From: an uncultured virus (IMG/VR IMGVR_UViG_3300028571_000020)
Taxonomy: Duplodnaviria > Heunggongvirae > Uroviricota > Caudoviricetes
Direction: 5' to 3' (one strand)
Virus record (IMG/VR): IMGVR_UViG_3300028571_000020
DNA length: 20,000 bases
The notes under the pieces are model-generated. The model saw only the letters and a program-made list of their open reading frames with translations, had not been told where the DNA came from and did not search any database. The translations under genes were made by a program, and so were the position numbers. Within the stretch, counting starts at the first letter, position 1. Each line of letters starts with the position of its first letter. This document shows positions 15,953-20,000 of the stretch, in pieces.

Positions 15953-16572
15953 GCCCGTCAGGGCCTACGGGCCTCAGAGCGAACATTGATGCGACCCCGC
16001 TCGATGTTGTGTTGCTTTCTGGTGTGGTTGGACTTGCTAAGAAGTCCAAGGCTCCAATGTCAGCAGCGATGGAAGCCTTCGATAGGGCTTTGACAGCGAA
16101 GAAGATTCCAGCCGGTCGCATCTCTGACCGCGTTGTCCGATCGGCATTCGCCAGCTTGTCTCGGTCACAAATCCAGACCTCTCTGGACTTGGTACCAAAT
16201 CCTTTGCCACGGCCTCACAACCTCAGTTGGTACTTCGGCTCTTGTGTGTGCCCAGCAGAGGTCCGTGCCTTCGCAACGATGATTGGTCGTAGGCACATCC
16301 GTGTGTGGTCCGTTGCACACACAGTGGATGGCTGGACTGTTCTTGCTCAGGTGTTCGGTGGCAAGAACGATGCTGAGTCTGTTGCGTCCGTCGAGCTAGA
16401 GACACGTGTCCCGGCGAAGCGTCTTCAGCGCCACTCGATCTCGTCTGTCATGTCGAAGAAGATTGATGCAAGCGTTATCGAGTCATTCCTTCACGACCAC
16501 GCGAAGGACATTGTCTCCAAGAACGACACCATCGGTGACTTCGTTGAGATCTTTCTTGAACGGAAGGCGTGA
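15949..16572 (+). CDS. Hypothetical protein
   Basis: 207-aa ORF with TTGA overlap to the upstream stop; start uncertain. Confidence 0.7.
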   Translation: MSPSGPTGLRANIDATPLDVVLLSGVVGLAKKSKAPMSAAMEAFDRALTAKKIPAGRISDRVVRSAFASLSRSQIQTSLDLVPNPLPRPHNLSWYFGSCVCPAEVRAFATMIGRRHIRVWSVAHTVDGWTVLAQVFGGKNDAESVASVELETRVPAKRLQRHSISSVMSKKIDASVIESFLHDHAKDIVSKNDTIGDFVEIFLERKA

Positions 16573-16575
16573 GCC

Positions 16576-17082
16576 ATGACAACAACAGTGACAGACGCCA
16601 TTGCGGTGATCAAAGCCGCGAAGGACAGGGGAGACCCGAAGGGTGACAAGGACCGTAAGGGTACGCTTCTCACCCTCGTGAGGAAGGCGACTGCGCTCCA
16701 GTCGCTTCTCCCCGTCAGCGGTGAAGACGATGTCTACCCAGAAGTTCGGGAAGCACTGACCACAGTAACTGAGCTTGTGGATGTGTCGTCGAGGCTTGAC
16801 CAACAGGCTGAAGCTCTCAAGCGTGCTCCATCTGGGACAGTTGAGTCCGATGGTGCACAGACAGCTATCGACAAGTCGCGCAAGAACATCGACTCGATGT
16901 TGGTGCCTCTTGAGGCCATCGTGTCAACGCTGGAGACTCTGGTTGAGGCAACCATGGAGATGGAAGCCACCTACAAGGAAGCACTCGACAAGGTCGTGTC
17001 GGTGAAGGAAACTCTTGCAGTCGAGAAGGGCCGACTTGCGTCGGTCGCTCGTGCTGTACAGAATGCCGCGAAGTTGGGCTGA
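16576..17082 (+). CDS. Hypothetical coiled-coil protein
   Basis: 168-aa helical ORF, 3 nt after the previous stop. Confidence 0.8.
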   Translation: MTTTVTDAIAVIKAAKDRGDPKGDKDRKGTLLTLVRKATALQSLLPVSGEDDVYPEVREALTTVTELVDVSSRLDQQAEALKRAPSGTVESDGAQTAIDKSRKNIDSMLVPLEAIVSTLETLVEATMEMEATYKEALDKVVSVKETLAVEKGRLASVARAVQNAAKLG

Positions 17083-17084
17083 GC

Positions 17085-18791
17085 ATGGATGACAGGACGG
17101 CAGTAGTAGACGCCCTCAGGGCAGCCGGTCGTGCTCTCCGTCTAGCGGAGAAGGCACTCCTGTCATCCCCAACATCGTCTGGTCCACCGTCCACTACAGT
17201 GGACCAGACGACTGCTGCAGAGTCTCCTCTTCCAGCTGAAGAGGCTGGCCTTGAGCAGTTCATCCTTGGTGAGGCCACTGCCCGCAAGCTCTACGAAGAG
17301 ACTGACCCAAGTGGCTTCAGCACATCAGTTGCTGCCCAAACCAACCTGCTTGACTTCGCCATGGACCGCAAGGTCTACATCGTCAACAAGAGCAGCGCTG
17401 GTGTAGTTCGGCCAGAGTCCACCGTTGCCCGTACGCTGTTCGAGCGAATGCTGAAGCTGCTGGCTGGCTGCAAGCTGAATAGTGCTTCTGTCTTCGAGCC
17501 GTTCGCTACCAAGCCTGACGTGAAGAACACGTCAGACATCGTGGCCGACGTCGACCTCGTCCTCATGATGTATGAGACGCCGGGTCCTGTGGAGCACACG
17601 CTGGAAGTCGCACAGCTGCAGTCTCTGGTTGAGGCTGCTCGTGCTGTCCCCGGTTCAGTGGAACGAGTCGTATCTCGTCTGAAGTCGGCTGGCGTTCGGT
17701 GGGAACCAATCGTCAACGCTGCTGTGAACCCCATCATCCAGCTGGACAACGTTGAGGCTCGATGGACGGCATGCATCGACCTTCATCGTGTGGCTTCCTC
17801 AATCACGCAGCTGCTCTCAGCAATCGACGTTGACCAGACCAAGACGCAGAGCCCTTGGTGGGTAGCGGCACAAGCGGCTGCTCAGATTCCAACCGCAGTA
17901 CTGCCGATGATTCGTGGCGGCGAGACCTACCTTCTCATGACACGAGAAGACGCAAACGCAGTTGAAGACTGGGCTGCTCAGATTCAGGGCTGGTACGAAG
18001 ACCAACCCATCATCATTCGCGATATCAATGCCGAGGAAGTCCTTGGCCAGAACTTGGGAGACAGCATGGCAAATCAAGTCGAAGTGAAGACGTCCGCACG
18101 AGCACGTAAGGTTGCAGCAGCCACTGGCAAGAAGATGTCACGTGCCGAAGTGCTTGAGGCGCTCAAGGCTGGCAAGTCGCTCTCGACTGCCATGTTGCCT
18201 GCTCTTGGTATGACCATGGAGCACTTCCTTCGCTTCGCGCAGTTGAGCGATGCCAAGTGTGAGGAGTTCGTTGCTCGTGCCATCGAGCAGCTTGAGAAGA
18301 ACACCCCCAAGACGTCAGCTTCAAAGGTCAAGTCCGCCATCGAAGAGTCCGATGACGACGAGCTTGCTGAAGGCGAAGACGAGAGCGGCCACTGCACCGA
18401 GTGTGGTGAAAGCTACACGGATGCAAAACAGCAGAGGGACGGCAAGTGCCTCGGATGCGCTGACGCTGAGCAGCATGAGGTCACGAAGCAATGGGCCAAG
18501 GAAGCCTCGGCGTCGATGGCGTCAATCACGAAGCCCATCAATCAGTCCGTCGTCAAGAACAAGCAGTTCCTTCGCAAGCTGAACCGCTTGATCAAGATGG
18601 GTCTGCTGTCCGCAACGGAGATTCACGGCGCCGTGAAGGAAGCACTTCGCATGGCGAAGGTCTCTCCTCTCGTTGCTGATGCTGCAGCTGACCGTGTCCG
18701 TGAAGCACTCTTCCTGACGGAGGACGAGTCCGGTGCTGTTGAAGCCAAGGCTCAGAAGCCTGACGTCTCGCGTCTCGCCAAGAAGAAGTGA
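17085..18791 (+). CDS. Modular protein with N-terminal LRAAA tag and CxxC...CxxC Zn ribbon
   Basis: 568 aa; MDDRTAVVDALRAAGRAL; K/A/S-rich linkers; HCTECG...KCLGC. Confidence 0.85.
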   Translation: MDDRTAVVDALRAAGRALRLAEKALLSSPTSSGPPSTTVDQTTAAESPLPAEEAGLEQFILGEATARKLYEETDPSGFSTSVAAQTNLLDFAMDRKVYIVNKSSAGVVRPESTVARTLFERMLKLLAGCKLNSASVFEPFATKPDVKNTSDIVADVDLVLMMYETPGPVEHTLEVAQLQSLVEAARAVPGSVERVVSRLKSAGVRWEPIVNAAVNPIIQLDNVEARWTACIDLHRVASSITQLLSAIDVDQTKTQSPWWVAAQAAAQIPTAVLPMIRGGETYLLMTREDANAVEDWAAQIQGWYEDQPIIIRDINAEEVLGQNLGDSMANQVEVKTSARARKVAAATGKKMSRAEVLEALKAGKSLSTAMLPALGMTMEHFLRFAQLSDAKCEEFVARAIEQLEKNTPKTSASKVKSAIEESDDDELAEGEDESGHCTECGESYTDAKQQRDGKCLGCADAEQHEVTKQWAKEASASMASITKPINQSVVKNKQFLRKLNRLIKMGLLSATEIHGAVKEALRMAKVSPLVADAAADRVREALFLTEDESGAVEAKAQKPDVSRLAKKK

Positions 18792-18817
18792 ACAGATTCA
18801 AGTTTGAGGAGTGACCC

Positions 18818-19348
18818 ATGGAAGATGTAACAATCGCAACGCTCATCGCCATCGCGTCACCCTTCATTGCCGCTGGTCTTTCCTATGGTGGAATGAAGGC
18901 TAGCGTCAAGTCCATCCAGCTGGGGATGGCTGAACTGACGAAGAAGATCGTGGAAGTCGAGAAGGACACCTCGAAGAGGGTGTCTGAGCTTGAGAAGGAC
19001 AAAGCTGCTCACGCGTCAGTGTTCGGTGTGGAGAAGCAGCTGTCCGCGATTGATGTCACGGTCGCCACGCTGAAGAACTCCCACGAGGAGTTGAACCGGC
19101 GCCACGCTGATGGCATGGCCGAAGTCCGCAACAGGGCGTCCGCTCTGGAAGGAAGAACGTCATCGCTTGAGCAGAACAACGCCGAGCTTCGTGTTCAGCT
19201 GCAGAACGTAATCCAGACGACGGCTCGGATTGAAGCGAAGCAGGACCGTGACTCAGAAGCCATAGCTGACTTGCACCGCAACTTCCTAGACTTCTTTGCT
19301 GGAGAGAAGTCGCCTGCTGCTCCGCGACCGCGTGCTCGCAAGGAGTGA
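18818..19348 (+). CDS. N-terminal transmembrane anchor + long coiled coil
   Basis: GAGGAG Shine-Dalgarno; VTIATLIAIASPFIAAGLSYG followed by ~130 aa of heptad pattern. Confidence 0.8.
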   Translation: MEDVTIATLIAIASPFIAAGLSYGGMKASVKSIQLGMAELTKKIVEVEKDTSKRVSELEKDKAAHASVFGVEKQLSAIDVTVATLKNSHEELNRRHADGMAEVRNRASALEGRTSSLEQNNAELRVQLQNVIQTTARIEAKQDRDSEAIADLHRNFLDFFAGEKSPAAPRPRARKE

Positions 19349-19350
19349 AG

Positions 19351-20000
19351 ATGGACAACGCAACCAAGAAGCTTGTAGCTCAGGCGCTGCTTGAGGCTGC
19401 GTCGTCCTTGTCCGCAGCCACTGAGAAGCGGCTGAAGTACGTTTGGCCGAAGTTGGATGACCTCCATAAGCTAACACTACTAGGTGTTGTATTCAATGCT
19501 ATTGGGCTTGACGACTGGATAGACCAGTACACAGGAGAGGGGGCGGTTCACACGGAGCAGGCCGACGCTATCCTTGAATTCTTCTCCGATAAGCTACAGG
19601 GTAACCACCTCGTTGACAGCTACATACCTTGGCTGGCCTCCAGACTGGGGGAAGACTATGAGAGCTATTTCGACAATGCACTCAGAGGCTTCCGGTCCGT
19701 CTGCATTTGGGCTAAGGAAACCAAGACCGACTTGAACAAGCTGAGCTTGGAAGAAGCTCTAGAGCAGTCGAAGGGATACGTTCCGAACGCTGCACGCAAA
19801 GGCAAGACGGATTCAGACGCCAACCCTACGGTGTACACCTTTGCCGATGGCCATAAGGTAGTTCAGCTGAAGACAGATGAAGCCCTCAAGCGTGAGGGTG
19901 ATGTCATGAAACATTGCGTCGGTGACTACTGCGATGCAGTGAGGGAAGGAACGAGCAAGATCTATTCGCTCAGGACGCCAGACAACAAGCCGCTGGTCAC
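19351..20000 (+). CDS. Second PcfJ-domain protein with N-terminal tag, 3'-truncated by the window edge; absent from the ORF track
   Basis: AGGAG (19341-19345), ATG 19351, open to the window end: MDNATKKLVAQALLEAASSLSAATEKRLK...YIPWLA...LKREGDVMKHCVGDY...IYSLRTPDNKPLV. Confidence 0.9.
   Translation, partial: MDNATKKLVAQALLEAASSLSAATEKRLKYVWPKLDDLHKLTLLGVVFNAIGLDDWIDQYTGEGAVHTEQADAILEFFSDKLQGNHLVDSYIPWLASRLGEDYESYFDNALRGFRSVCIWAKETKTDLNKLSLEEALEQSKGYVPNAARKGKTDSDANPTVYTFADGHKVVQLKTDEALKREGDVMKHCVGDYCDAVREGTSKIYSLRTPDNKPLV
19687..20000 (+). repeat. Dispersed direct repeat, copy 2 (partner 8965-9278)
   Basis: Same ungapped alignment as copy 1; may continue beyond the window. Confidence 0.9.

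Noticed and set aside
8965..20000. Diverged repeat pair as a DGR template/variable region
   Set aside because: Mismatches involve all bases and are mostly synonymous, not adenine-specific. Both copies are coding and no reverse transcriptase is in the window.

Overview
This window reads as part of a large (jumbo-type) dsDNA tailed phage genome: dense short genes on both strands, frequent strand switches, no housekeeping genes, standard genetic code. Recognisable products are a 5'-truncated multi-domain protein (GNAT, HsdS-TRD-like, NUDIX, second GNAT), a holin-like membrane protein, a Dda/RecD-like SF1B helicase, two probable neck/head-tail proteins, two PcfJ-domain paralogues, a decayed homing endonuclease, a DUF6527-like protein, NADAR, a Dam-type methyltransferase, a Zn/HTH protein and a RuvC-like resolvase. 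The strongest unexplained signal is a portable ~12-residue helix, [VI]xx[SA]L[RL][AE]A[AG]xxL. It sits at the terminus of four proteins from three unrelated families. A short hydrophobic-x-A-[AS] motif also recurs at domain boundaries. Together these suggest a capsid-packaging tag plus protease-release system for injected effectors (inference). There is also a hairpin-dense ~300 nt region at 2821-3125 and several hairpins that occlude ribosome-binding sites. All family calls come from motif recognition by eye; no searches were run.
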